Source: a virus
Lineage: Duplodnaviria > Caudoviricetes
Virus record (IMG/VR): IMGVR_UViG_3300006133_000005
Coordinates: 13,740-77,739 of that record
Direction: 5' to 3' (one strand)
Length of the DNA: 64,000 nt
Part shown: positions 36,050 through 45,704 of the stretch, piece by piece
Layout: each line of letters starts with the position of its first letter
How positions within the stretch are numbered: the stretch's first letter is position 1
Position numbers and translations under genes: made by a program
Notes under the pieces: model-generated
The model's database searches: none
The model's input: only the letters and a program-made list of their open reading frames with translations
Told to the model about the DNA's origin: nothing

Positions 36050-39000
36050 TTATACTCTTGTCTGCATATTTCTTAACTGCATTTTTCTTGATATTTTTTT
36101 CATGAGCTTATCTGCAAGAACATCAAGTCCCTCATCAGATAAATCAGTGTCCTTGTCTATATTAAACACAACACTTCCTGCTTCGAATGTAACCCTGTTG
36201 TCCTGTGTACTGTTATCATCAGAGCTGCTCTCATCATATGTGTTGTTGTTAGTAGTGTTATTAACCAATGACTGCATAGGACTACTGCCGTCGTTGTCCT
36301 CATCTGTAGGAGGGGGAAGTACTACAGGTGTTGGATTGATTGGATTATCCTCATCTGTATAATCATCTGTGGCAACAATATCCTGCTTAATAAGTGGGGA
36401 AGAAGTAGTCTTTGCACTGCTATAGTCACTAAGGAAACTTCCAAGACGTTTAGTTAAAATATCGTTTACTACTACTTCATTTGGGTGCAGACAAGCAACA
36501 CCAGTTTCTTTAACATAACCACCTGTGCTAAGACCTACAAAGTCTGCAATTCCGTCTCCTATTCCACCGAAGAAGTCACCTATACCACCGAAGAAACCGC
36601 CTATTGCATCAATAATACCTGATATAGCATCAACAATCCAACTAATAGCATCTCCTATTGCTTCAATGATAGGCATAACAATGTCAGAAGCTTTCTGAAT
36701 AGCACCACATATGAAATCTTTTATAGCACCAAATACAGTCTCAAATATACCTTTAAGCCACTCAACCTTTTCAGCAATAGTTTCAAAAATGCCCTTAAAG
36801 AAGTCACAGACAGGACTAATGACATTGTCTTTAAGCCATGCGAAAGCAGTACCTATAGCCTCAATAACAGGACTAATGACATTGTCATACACCCAACTAA
36901 ACGCCGCTCCAATTGTCTCTACCACAGGACTTATGACGTTTTCATAAATCCAACTAAAGATTGTTGCGAACAGGTTGTATATGAAACTTAGTCCTGCACT
37001 TATTCCGTCCCAAAGGATTTTGAACACAGCAATTACAGCAAGTACTATAGTTCTTACTATTTGGTAAATAGCATAAATTATGTTCTTTATAAGGTTTACT
37101 ACTGAGCTTATTACTCCCCATATGCTCATTACTACCTGTTTAATCACATTGAATATGGTCGTGATTACATTCCAGATAGCTTGTGCCGCTGTCTGTATTA
37201 TACTAATAATAGTACTTATTACAGTCCAGACAATACTTGCTATGCTTTTTATAATATTTATAATGGGTTCAAGAATAGACATTACAACTTGAATAACCTT
37301 GCTGATAGCATCTTTAACAGCTTGAATAATACCTTGTACAAATCCTATAACAGATTGTACCCAAGGTATATTACTAAACCACTCCCAAGCTTTTGAGAAT
37401 GCTTCTGCTATGGCATTGCCTATATTAACAAAAAATGCTTTTATTTCGTCCCAGAAGATTACAATTAAAGCTATTAGTGCGGCAATAGCCGCTACAATAA
37501 GTCCCACTAACCAAGCAGGTATGCTAACTACTATACCCATTGCACCTAAGATAGCAGTAACAATCTTACCTATACCCGTGAGAATCCATAGTATAGCAGT
37601 CTTAAATCCACCAAATATGGTTTTGAGTAAAGTACCTATACTTTTTATTCCACTTAGTATAGCTCCCCAAGGGATTGACTTAACAAGGTTTACAATAAAT
37701 TTAAATCCATTATATATCATTTTTATTACATTACCTATAGTCTTAAGAACATTCCAGATAAACTTAGCAGTTTTCCAGATAGTTTCACATATAGTTACAA
37801 CTGTTTTAATGCTCTTTATCACTATAGGTAGCATAACGATAGCTACAGCAATCCAACCTGCGGCTTTTCCTATAAAGTAACCAACTTTCTCCCAAGTGTC
37901 AGTCATTCCGGGTGCAGTCATTTTATCAATGAGCGCTACAATAAGTTCACCAAAACTTGAAACATCTACATCAAGTATTCCAAGCTTAGTAAGCACATTC
38001 TTTAAGGATTCAAAGAAAGCATCTAAACCCTTTTTAAATCCGTCAACAAAGAACTGCCAATGATACTTTAATTGAAGAATACCCTCAATAAGAGGTAGTA
38101 TTCCCATGTCTTTTGCTTTTTGGAAATTTTCAGCAGAAAGGGTGTTATCTGTAAACGCATCAGCTACAAGCTTTATAGTCTCCCATATGGTCTTAAGTGA
38201 ATTAGTGACACTATCACGCATTCCTAAGAAATCTCTGTCCCAAGCGGCTTTTAATAGGGCACTTAAAGCAACGAGAGGAAGTATGTACGAAAACATACCC
38301 TTAAAAATACCTAATAACTTTGTTCCCCCACTTAAAGCTTCGCTACCTTTAAATAGCATACTTATAGAGAAACGTAACATACCTAATGCAGAAACAAGTT
38401 TAAGACCTGCTCCGGTTAATAATGTAGCTACTCCTGCAAGTGCAATAAATTTAATAACACTCTGAGCTAATTCTGGATTTGTCTTTACAAGGTTTCTAAA
38501 CGCATCAGCAAGTTTGATTATTCCGTCAATAACAGGGTCTAAAAGTCCCATAACACTTGTTAGTGCAGAACCTATAACTTTTGCTAAGTTTTCAAGTTCC
38601 TCTTCTGGTATACTCCCAAGGTACTCGGACAGTCTACCTATTATTTCAGTAAACTTCTCATACACACCTGCATCTGAAATTTGAGCCTTTAATGAGAATA
38701 AGGTGTCACCCATATTTGACAGCATAGTCATAGGGTTATTTTCCATTTGCTTTACAATAGGTAACATATTGAGTTGGTCTATAAGGTCAGCAACTTGTCT
38801 TGAGCGCTCCTCTATTGACCCACCCTTATCTTCCCCTAACAAGGCATTTATATCAAGAGATGCACCTCTTTTAAGGGACATAGCGTTTCCCTCAGCAATG
38901 TATTCATTCAAAGCTCCCATTGCGGCTTGAACACCGGTACCGTAAGCATTTCTCATTTGAGGGTTAAAAGCGGCTAACGCAGATGCATAATCCATAAGTG

Positions 39001-39475
39001 TAGCTTTTGCTCCCTCTACACCGTCACTGGCAAGGTAAGAACTTGTTGCAATTTCTTCAAAAGCTTCAATACCATTAGCTTTGAGCATAATAACAGAGGG
39101 TATTAAATTTTCAAAATCAAAAACACTTTTCTTAGCATAGTCTTGAATCTGAGCTAATTTTGCGTTTCCTGCTTCTGCACTTCCATATAGGGTACTTAGC
39201 TGTGTTCTTGCATAATTTACTGTTGCACCCGTATCTGTTATACTTTTTATCACACTTGTGAACATACCAGTTATGCTCTTGCCAACTTGATAAAGTTCAT
39301 TACCCACTATACCTGCCGCTACTGATATTTGCATCAAAGCGGCTTCTACACCATTAGCTTGTGAAAAAGCGGCAGTAGTATTGTTTAAATCATTAAACGC
39401 ACCTGTTACGCTTCGCAAACCAGATGTAGCATTGTCTGTACAACTAATTATAAGACCTAAACCAAAGTTATTCAA
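36050..39475 (-). CDS. Tape measure protein
   Basis: 1141 aa, TM-rich middle, Trp/Phe-periodic 11/22-aa repeats (NVISPV...), canonical position. Confidence 0.92.
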   Translation of the reverse strand: MNNFGLGLIISCTDNATSGLRSVTGAFNDLNNTTAAFSQANGVEAALMQISVAAGIVGNELYQVGKSITGMFTSVIKSITDTGATVNYARTQLSTLYGSAEAGNAKLAQIQDYAKKSVFDFENLIPSVIMLKANGIEAFEEIATSSYLASDGVEGAKATLMDYASALAAFNPQMRNAYGTGVQAAMGALNEYIAEGNAMSLKRGASLDINALLGEDKGGSIEERSRQVADLIDQLNMLPIVKQMENNPMTMLSNMGDTLFSLKAQISDAGVYEKFTEIIGRLSEYLGSIPEEELENLAKVIGSALTSVMGLLDPVIDGIIKLADAFRNLVKTNPELAQSVIKFIALAGVATLLTGAGLKLVSALGMLRFSISMLFKGSEALSGGTKLLGIFKGMFSYILPLVALSALLKAAWDRDFLGMRDSVTNSLKTIWETIKLVADAFTDNTLSAENFQKAKDMGILPLIEGILQLKYHWQFFVDGFKKGLDAFFESLKNVLTKLGILDVDVSSFGELIVALIDKMTAPGMTDTWEKVGYFIGKAAGWIAVAIVMLPIVIKSIKTVVTICETIWKTAKFIWNVLKTIGNVIKMIYNGFKFIVNLVKSIPWGAILSGIKSIGTLLKTIFGGFKTAILWILTGIGKIVTAILGAMGIVVSIPAWLVGLIVAAIAALIALIVIFWDEIKAFFVNIGNAIAEAFSKAWEWFSNIPWVQSVIGFVQGIIQAVKDAISKVIQVVMSILEPIINIIKSIASIVWTVISTIISIIQTAAQAIWNVITTIFNVIKQVVMSIWGVISSVVNLIKNIIYAIYQIVRTIVLAVIAVFKILWDGISAGLSFIYNLFATIFSWIYENVISPVVETIGAAFSWVYDNVISPVIEAIGTAFAWLKDNVISPVCDFFKGIFETIAEKVEWLKGIFETVFGAIKDFICGAIQKASDIVMPIIEAIGDAISWIVDAISGIIDAIGGFFGGIGDFFGGIGDGIADFVGLSTGGYVKETGVACLHPNEVVVNDILTKRLGSFLSDYSSAKTTSSPLIKQDIVATDDYTDEDNPINPTPVVLPPPTDEDNDGSSPMQSLVNNTTNNNTYDESSSDDNSTQDNRVTFEAGSVVFNIDKDTDLSDEGLDVLADKLMKKISRKMQLRNMQTRV

Positions 39476-39534
39476 TGTTACATCACCTCCATAACCTATG
39501 CTTAATACGATACACTACCGCTTTAAAATTCAGT

Positions 39535-39774
39535 TTATTTTCTTCTTGGTGATTTAGGTGTCTTTGGCATTTTTGGAGATTTGATAGAATCATTCTCCAT
39601 TTTCTTCTGTGTCATTATCATTTTTACCCACATTCGCCTTTCTCGACTGGGAAGTCCCCATATTGTGTCTCTATCCCAATGGTACACATAAGCCAGTATG
39701 TGCATTTCTTCAAGAGTGTTTCGGAAACTGAATTTTTTAGAAAACTCCCAATCAAAAAAGGTGTTTATATAAAA
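39535..39774 (-). CDS. Tail assembly chaperone GT-type extension reached by -1 frameshift
   Basis: The -1 frame is open from the slippery site: FYINTFFDWEF...EEMHILAYVYHWDRDTIWGLPSRERRMWV...K*. The Y.W....LP..ERR pattern is typical of the second chaperone domain. Confidence 0.75.
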   Translation of the reverse strand, partial: FYINTFFDWEFSKKFSFRNTLEEMHILAYVYHWDRDTIWGLPSRERRMWVKMIMTQKKMENDSIKSPKMPKTPKSPRRK

Positions 39775-40634
39775 TTTGTCTGATTAAGATTACCCTTAAA
39801 GTACTCTCCGCAGTGGTCGCACATAACATCAACTGTCATATCAATGCCAAACTGGTGGTCGTTAAGTAATGCTTGTAAGTAGTTTCTATCTCTTACTGAA
39901 AGACTTGCCATGACAGACTCATCAATGTAAGCGCCGTCGTCAAATTTACAAATTCTTGTAAGCAGTGTTGTCTCAGCTTTTGCAATGTTATTCTTTGCAA
40001 GAGGAGTGAGAAGTTCACCGTCAAGACCATTTGGTCTTCTCATGATACCTGTCTTATGCAATACTCCCTTTCTGTCTTTATATCCTCTTGGGAGCTCAAA
40101 TGGGATTTCACGCATACCATCAAATTCAAGGATATTCAGTTCATCAATTTCGACTTCTGTCTTTAACTTTGCCTTACACTCAGGGTTAGGACAAGTATGT
40201 GTCACTTCAATTGTATCTCCAATAGAAATTCTGCGGAGTTCAAGGAGCATAATGTCTCTATCTCCTGTATACATCTCTTTAAAAATGTTCTCCCAGTCTT
40301 TCGGATTTCCTACAGACTTTCTTGTAAGAGTTCCAACACTTAGTACACAGCGAGAAAGAAGAGCAGTAGCAACTTTAGTACCGTTTGTCTTAATGTCTGA
40401 ACGATTTACAAACTCTTCATCTGCACCTGTCATTTCACGCAGGGTAAATGTGGAATGTGTAATTCCGTCTTTGTCAACATATCCTGCAAGGAGGTTGTAC
40501 TCTTTATTTTCATCAAAACTTCCGTTGGTTTGCTCTTCTGCGAGAGCTTTAATAGAATCGGAATACTCCTTTTCTCTTTCTTTTTCAAGATTCTTTTCTT
40601 CCATGTTACTGTCAATTCTGCTTTTCATATTCAA
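39765..40634 (-). CDS. Tail assembly chaperone (duplicated T4 gp26-like/gpG-like domain)
   Basis: Two copies of L..GY.D..G..H....R...G.D; CPNPEC and CDHC; lies between tube and tape measure. Confidence 0.75.
   Translation of the reverse strand: MNMKSRIDSNMEEKNLEKEREKEYSDSIKALAEEQTNGSFDENKEYNLLAGYVDKDGITHSTFTLREMTGADEEFVNRSDIKTNGTKVATALLSRCVLSVGTLTRKSVGNPKDWENIFKEMYTGDRDIMLLELRRISIGDTIEVTHTCPNPECKAKLKTEVEIDELNILEFDGMREIPFELPRGYKDRKGVLHKTGIMRRPNGLDGELLTPLAKNNIAKAETTLLTRICKFDDGAYIDESVMASLSVRDRNYLQALLNDHQFGIDMTVDVMCDHCGEYFKGNLNQTNFI
39771..39777 (-). promoter_or_regulatory. -1 programmed ribosomal frameshift heptamer A-AAT-TTT
   Basis: X-XXY-YYZ in the correct frame, one codon before the chaperone stop codon. 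Confidence 0.75.
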
Positions 40635-40674
40635 ATTCCTCCATTTAGTAATTTAGGCTATAGCCTTTAACTCT

Positions 40675-40722
40675 ATTATACAGTAAAACCTCACAAATTG
40701 CAATAATAATTTGTGAGGTTTA
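40675..40722 (-). promoter_or_regulatory. Terminator overlapping a sigma-A-like promoter
   Basis: AAACCTCACAAATT/AATTTGTGAGGTTT inverted repeat; TTGCAA(40703-40698)-17-TATAAT(40680-40675). Confidence 0.65.
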
Positions 40723-40745
40723 TAAGTGTTTATTAAATTTCCAGT

Positions 40746-41225
40746 TTAATCTTCAAGGAAATACTCAAACTGGATTGTGAGTGTTTCGATAGCTACATCA
40801 TCAGAAGTAGCATCAAGGTCACTACTCTCCCACTTTGATACCCAAGCTTCTGCAAGCTTGTAAGTTCTTCCGGGATTTCCGAAACGGTCAAGATGTTCAA
40901 TAACAATTGTCTGTCGGAAGTCAGGGTTTGTAAGAGTTTCCTTAATCAAGTCAGCAAGAGAAGAGTCCTGATAAGCGCCACGCTCACAAGTAACTTCACC
41001 TACTGTGGGTTTACCGGGGAGCTTGTGTGTGTACTCGTAACCACCCTCACCATACTCAGCAACACCTACTTCAAGAGACAGCCCACTTACAGTCTGGAAA
41101 CCCATTTCAGACGGAAGTCCAGGAATGGTAAGTCTGAAACGGAATTTCTGCAAAGGGTCAAGGGATGCTGTTCTTGCCGCATGAGTAGTCATAAACATCT
41201 TTTTAAGTGCATTAGTCATTTTCAT
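40746..41225 (-). CDS. Tail tube protein (T4 gp19/Afp1-like) with a 16-aa N-terminal leader
   Basis: DPLQKFRF, GF..VSGL, Y.EGG....HKLPG, V...RG, W.S.DLDA.S..VAIE.L.I.FE; RBS GGGAGGTG supports the MKMTN start. Confidence 0.92.
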   Translation of the reverse strand: MKMTNALKKMFMTTHAARTASLDPLQKFRFRLTIPGLPSEMGFQTVSGLSLEVGVAEYGEGGYEYTHKLPGKPTVGEVTCERGAYQDSSLADLIKETLTNPDFRQTIVIEHLDRFGNPGRTYKLAEAWVSKWESSDLDATSDDVAIETLTIQFEYFLED

Positions 41226-41241
41226 AAATTACACCTCCCTA

Positions 41242-42711
41242 TTAAGCTGTTGTAAGTTCGTGAGAGATACGGAAGATAATGAATTCCGCAGGCTTCTTTG
41301 TAGCATACCCAATCTCACAGATAAGCTTACCTTGATTGCGGACACTGACAGGGTTAAGGTCTTCGTCACACTTAACATAGTATGCTTCACCTGCATTACC
41401 ACCAAAGAATGCTCCCTGCTGATAGAGACTGTTGAGATAGTCCTGACAAGTCGTTCTGACTTTAGTCCACAGTGTGGAGTCATGAGGTTCAAATACAAAC
41501 CGCTGTGTAAGGTCATAAATGTTCTTCTTAAGCGTGATATTCATGTACAAATCAGATACATAGTTAAATTCGGGGTTACAGCTTCTTGCTCCCCATACAC
41601 AGATACCATAATTGGTCTTAGGTAAAAGAGCATTAATGCCCTTTGGATTGAGGATATTTGTAGACTCAAGCGTGTAAATCTTCTGTACATCTACTGCACC
41701 CCTAATAACTGCTTCTGTTCCGGCAGGTGCTTTCCAGAAACCTCTTGAATCTGAAATACGAGAATAAACGCCACAGATATGACCACAAGCAGGAACAGCA
41801 ATTAAAGCGCCGCTTGAAGACAGTGGATTTACAACTTTAATCCAAGGTGCATATAGTACAGCGTTCTTACCATCAAGCTCATTTCTTAATGTCTGTAGCA
41901 TAGCATCTGTATCTGTTTCCTGACCCTCACAGATAGCAATCCGGTATTTATTAGCTGTACAGTAGTCAGCAACATCTACCTGTAAGGCGTTACTTGCACC
42001 GGGGATAGCAACAAGTCTGATGTCCTCCATAAAATCAAACTGTTTGAGTGACTCTTTATATACAGCATCAGGAACAGGAGCGCCACTTGTAGCAAGACCG
42101 TCTTCTCCACCTGCAAAATCAACCTTAATGTCAGCAGAGGGTTTATTTATCTGCTTAGTAAGGTCAGTAACCTTAATATAGTTGCTCTCAGAGTTGATAA
42201 TATCTGCAAAGCAACCTTGAATGTTTACACCGTCTTTTAAATTACCCCAAGACTCAACAACACTTCCGTTGTACTTAACCTTAAGAGTAAAGACAGGTGG
42301 ATTAACTTCGTCATTATATTCACTTGCTGGAATTTCAACGGAGATTTTATCTCCCCAAGCTCCCTCACTTTTTGCTTCAAATGCGACACCCGATACTGTA
42401 GCTTTAGCGGACTTAGCGTTATACGTTGATGCAGTCTTATCAGTTACACGCTGTACAAAACACCTAATACCACCGTTCTGGAAAAATCCGTACACAGCAT
42501 ATGCAAGCTTACTGTTTGCAAGGAAAGCAGAATCCTGTCCTGTTGCAAATGTGGTTAAATAAGAATTCCATGATGTAATGAGTACGGGAACTCCTACTGG
42601 TCCAGTTGCGGCTACACCTGTAAATGCGGCAATAGGAGCAGTACCTACAGGCATCTTAACAACCTGTTTAATGTCCTCAACATATACACCGGGGGTTAAA
42701 TATTCAGCCAT
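41242..42711 (-). CDS. Tail sheath protein
   Basis: YLTPGVYVEDI, FF.NGG..CFV.RV, KAPAG, LNPKGIN, WGAR, VFEP.D..LW, KPAEFI.FRI. Confidence 0.96.
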   Translation of the reverse strand: MAEYLTPGVYVEDIKQVVKMPVGTAPIAAFTGVAATGPVGVPVLITSWNSYLTTFATGQDSAFLANSKLAYAVYGFFQNGGIRCFVQRVTDKTASTYNAKSAKATVSGVAFEAKSEGAWGDKISVEIPASEYNDEVNPPVFTLKVKYNGSVVESWGNLKDGVNIQGCFADIINSESNYIKVTDLTKQINKPSADIKVDFAGGEDGLATSGAPVPDAVYKESLKQFDFMEDIRLVAIPGASNALQVDVADYCTANKYRIAICEGQETDTDAMLQTLRNELDGKNAVLYAPWIKVVNPLSSSGALIAVPACGHICGVYSRISDSRGFWKAPAGTEAVIRGAVDVQKIYTLESTNILNPKGINALLPKTNYGICVWGARSCNPEFNYVSDLYMNITLKKNIYDLTQRFVFEPHDSTLWTKVRTTCQDYLNSLYQQGAFFGGNAGEAYYVKCDEDLNPVSVRNQGKLICEIGYATKKPAEFIIFRISHELTTA

Positions 42712-42923
42712 TACTTATTAGCACCTCCTGATTTTTCTTTAGTGGACTTTGTTTCTGTAACATCTGTTAAAGAGACAATTCCTAATCTCTCTGCTTCAAG
42801 GAGTGCATCACTTACAAGGTCACCCTTGATAGTAACTGTCTCACCTGACTGTAAAGAGAGGTTAGTACCGTCTGAAAGAGTTACACTAAACAAATGTCCC
42901 CTGAGTTCACCTACTTTAGTCAT
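42711..42923 (-). CDS. Small hypothetical virion-module protein
   Basis: GGAGG RBS; coupled to the sheath gene. Confidence 0.6.
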   Translation of the reverse strand: MTKVGELRGHLFSVTLSDGTNLSLQSGETVTIKGDLVSDALLEAERLGIVSLTDVTETKSTKEKSGGANK

Positions 42924-42937
42924 AGTAAACTACCTCC

Positions 42938-43528
42938 TTAGGACTTTTTAGTTTGAATGTCAACCTCTTTTACAATGTTGACCTCGTTTAGCTTTTCAGC
43001 ACTCTCTTCATCAAGCTCTGCCCAAATTCGATATGTCATTGATGTGCAATACACCCTACTACCGTCTTTGAGTTTATCAAGCTTTCTGATATTACTGCCT
43101 TTCTGCAAACAGTGAGTATATCTTAGTACACCACCACTGTCCACAACAGGCAAGTTAAATTCTCGATTTACTTCAAACTCCCACAAAGCAGTCATGGCAT
43201 TCATGTCGGTTTGAAGTGTACTCCACAAGTCAATTTGATACATTAATGAGTAGGGTACTGCTGTTCTCTCCATGTTTACTTTACCTGTTTCATAATTAAA
43301 CCCTCTCGGAACTCTGAAAGGATAGTATCTAACTTCCTCTCGTCTGCTTATGTTAAGGTTATATATAGTAACCATTGGATAGTTTTCTTTTTTGAAATCC
43401 TCATCAGCTTTCCTTACTCTGACGGGAACAGGAACTAAAAGTCCCTCACGATTTTTAAGCTGTACAACACTCTTAATGAATTTAATAAGACCTGCATCAA
43501 TCTGGTCATACCAAACAGTTCCGTTCAT
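42938..43528 (-). CDS. Tail terminator / sheath completion protein
   Basis: YP.VTI....,P..L.YQID.W; located immediately before the sheath gene. Confidence 0.6.
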   Translation of the reverse strand: MNGTVWYDQIDAGLIKFIKSVVQLKNREGLLVPVPVRVRKADEDFKKENYPMVTIYNLNISRREEVRYYPFRVPRGFNYETGKVNMERTAVPYSLMYQIDLWSTLQTDMNAMTALWEFEVNREFNLPVVDSGGVLRYTHCLQKGSNIRKLDKLKDGSRVYCTSMTYRIWAELDEESAEKLNEVNIVKEVDIQTKKS

Positions 43529-43532
43529 TCAC

Positions 43533-44006
43533 TTAACCTCCCTTGATTAAGTCTTTCAAACAGTTTTCCCAATGCTTTTTGATTGTGTTCTCTAACTCTT
43601 CAAAGGTGGGACGTATTAAGGGTCTTGCAGGAATGTTGGCTGTACCGTATTCAAGATAAATCATAAGGTCACTAAACTTAAGTCCACTTGGATGTTTAGT
43701 CCATGCATCAGCACCTATAAAATAGGTTACCCCATTTTTAGGTGCTTTTACTTTTCGCACTTTCAGATTGTCTTTTAAGAAACCTGTTTCAACATAAATT
43801 GTCTCGTCACCACTTTTAAGAGATATTGTATGCTCTGATAGTGGTGTCCAATTCAAATCTTGTGCATCTATATGACCTCTTATCTTTTCAAGTATCATAT
43901 CTCCGTCCTCTTTTAGCTGTGCAGAAAATGCAGGAACTATTTTAGAAGACAAAGCTTGTAATACTATACCTGCTTTTGTCCAAGCACCAAACTTACTTAT
44001 TCTCAT
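43533..44006 (-). CDS. Neck / tail-completion protein (HK97 gp10 / virion morphogenesis-like)
   Basis: W.PLS..TI..K, ..TG.L, ..YLEYGT.NIPARPLIRP. Likely start is MRISK (track start 44060). Confidence 0.7.
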   Translation of the reverse strand: MRISKFGAWTKAGIVLQALSSKIVPAFSAQLKEDGDMILEKIRGHIDAQDLNWTPLSEHTISLKSGDETIYVETGFLKDNLKVRKVKAPKNGVTYFIGADAWTKHPSGLKFSDLMIYLEYGTANIPARPLIRPTFEELENTIKKHWENCLKDLIKGG

Positions 44007-44007
44007 A

Positions 44008-44466
44008 TTAATTACTCCTCTGCAATGAGTCTTTCTTTGCTTCTGTAGCGGAAAACTCAAAAAACTGCCAAATGTCGGCTACTAATGTAGAGGGTTCTAC
44101 AGTATCTATTAAATACTCTGTCCCCTCATACACTAACTTTGCTTTTCTCATTTTCTCCCAATCAGCTTCATGCAGGAAAGGTATTCCCAATGTTAAGAAT
44201 TGTTTGGTTGGTACTCTGAACTTAGCTGTTCTGTCAACAGTTACTTCCTCGTCAACACCTTTTGGGTGACTGTATGTTACTTTAGCTATCAACTCATAAG
44301 GTTCAAGATACTTTTTCTTTGGAGTTTCACCATAAATATCATCTACTTCTGTGTCCTCCTCATCTAAAAAGTAAAGAAACAAGTGGTTGCAAAGTAAAGT
44401 ACTATACACCTCTTCGATACCGTCAAGGAATGCTTGTTGTATGTCATTGTTAGGTTCATAAGCCAT
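44008..44466 (-). CDS. Head closure / neck protein
   Basis: Synteny; D.IYGE..K.Y.EP motif. Confidence 0.55.
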   Translation of the reverse strand: MAYEPNNDIQQAFLDGIEEVYSTLLCNHLFLYFLDEEDTEVDDIYGETPKKKYLEPYELIAKVTYSHPKGVDEEVTVDRTAKFRVPTKQFLTLGIPFLHEADWEKMRKAKLVYEGTEYLIDTVEPSTLVADIWQFFEFSATEAKKDSLQRSN

Positions 44467-45323
44467 TACTCATCACCGCCCTCATCAGGTTTAGTGATTT
44501 CTATGTCAGTTGGCTCACATGTAGGTTCTTCACTCTCTTCATCAAAAGGCCCTGTCTCTATTTCAGACTGTGCATACCCACAAAGAGTTGCCATATTAGT
44601 TGCTTGCACCGCTATATAGTACTTAGTCTTTTCTGCAAGACCTGTTACTCGGCAATGTACTTGGTGAATGTCTTTTATTTCAGCAACCATTTTAGCACCG
44701 TCAGCTATGTGAGACTTCAAATTAAACAAGTCTACAATAGGCTCTGTAGATATATAGACTTTATAACGGTAAAAACGACTTATGTTTTTCACACTCCACC
44801 AAAACTCTACTGAGTTTTCAGTGATAGTACCAACATAAAGAGTTACTTTAGGGACTGCGGCATTCTCATAGTTATATCGAGTACCATAACGGTCACTCAA
44901 TGTCACACTATAAGACTTAACTGTTCCTATTCCGTCTTCTCCACCGTTTTCTAACCAGTCACCATACTCTTTGTCTGCTTGTGCTATCAACTTCATGTAG
45001 TGGTCGAATCTCTGTGACCGCTTCAAGTAGTTATTGTTATCAGCACCCATGTCAAACAGCGGAGCTTCTTTGACTGCAAGAGTGTAGTATAACTCTTTCT
45101 TTGCCAGAATAATGACACCATAAACAGCATCTTCCGGCAAGTACTTAAGTGAGGGAGTATCAGAATAGTTCCTTGACATGGCAAGATTTAAATAGAGCAA
45201 TAAGTCCTCATCAGTCATACACAAATACTGTGGGTCTTGCACTGTTATCTTGTCCTTGTCTTGAACATAAACTGATATTCTTAAAAACTGTATCATTTGC
45301 TCAACCGTCATAGTTGAGAACAC
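44466..45323 (-). CDS. Head-tail adaptor with fibronectin-III domain
   Basis: Adaptor-like N-terminus; FN3 pattern (WW...Y.VY...VTGL...TKYYIAVQA). Confidence 0.6.
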   Translation of the reverse strand: MFSTMTVEQMIQFLRISVYVQDKDKITVQDPQYLCMTDEDLLLYLNLAMSRNYSDTPSLKYLPEDAVYGVIILAKKELYYTLAVKEAPLFDMGADNNNYLKRSQRFDHYMKLIAQADKEYGDWLENGGEDGIGTVKSYSVTLSDRYGTRYNYENAAVPKVTLYVGTITENSVEFWWSVKNISRFYRYKVYISTEPIVDLFNLKSHIADGAKMVAEIKDIHQVHCRVTGLAEKTKYYIAVQATNMATLCGYAQSEIETGPFDEESEEPTCEPTDIEITKPDEGGDE

Positions 45324-45330
45324 CTCCTGT

Positions 45331-45657
45331 TTACAGGGGTTTCAAAAGACCTGACTTATTGAGAATGTCCTTTACTTCCTGTGGGACTACTATCTGTACT
45401 CCCTTTTTCAGAAAGTATCTTGTACCTCCGATACAGCAGGTGTGGTTAGTGTTAGGGAGAATTTTTACGTTCTTCACCGCAGGCTTCTGTTCAATTGTCT
45501 CATTAACAGTTACCTCATCTACACCCTCAACGGAGTTTTCAACAGGATTTTCAACACCCTCTGTTTCGCTGACATTTGTAGTTACTTCTTCCTCTGGTGT
45601 GGAAGTTTCCATAATAGTTGCACCATTAGTCTTAGGCTTAAACTTACCTGTAGCCAT
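45331..45657 (-). CDS. Small head-associated hypothetical protein
   Basis: Follows the MCP gene; acidic N-terminus, C-terminal VP.EV...L..SG.L. Confidence 0.55.
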   Translation of the reverse strand: MATGKFKPKTNGATIMETSTPEEEVTTNVSETEGVENPVENSVEGVDEVTVNETIEQKPAVKNVKILPNTNHTCCIGGTRYFLKKGVQIVVPQEVKDILNKSGLLKPL

Positions 45658-45704
45658 AATTCTACTCTCCTTTCTACATTATTACTTCTGAGATATTTTA
45701 CGGT

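Noticed and set aside
36700-37330. Periodic repeats in the tape measure gene
   Set aside because: Ordinary 11/22-aa TMP repeats.
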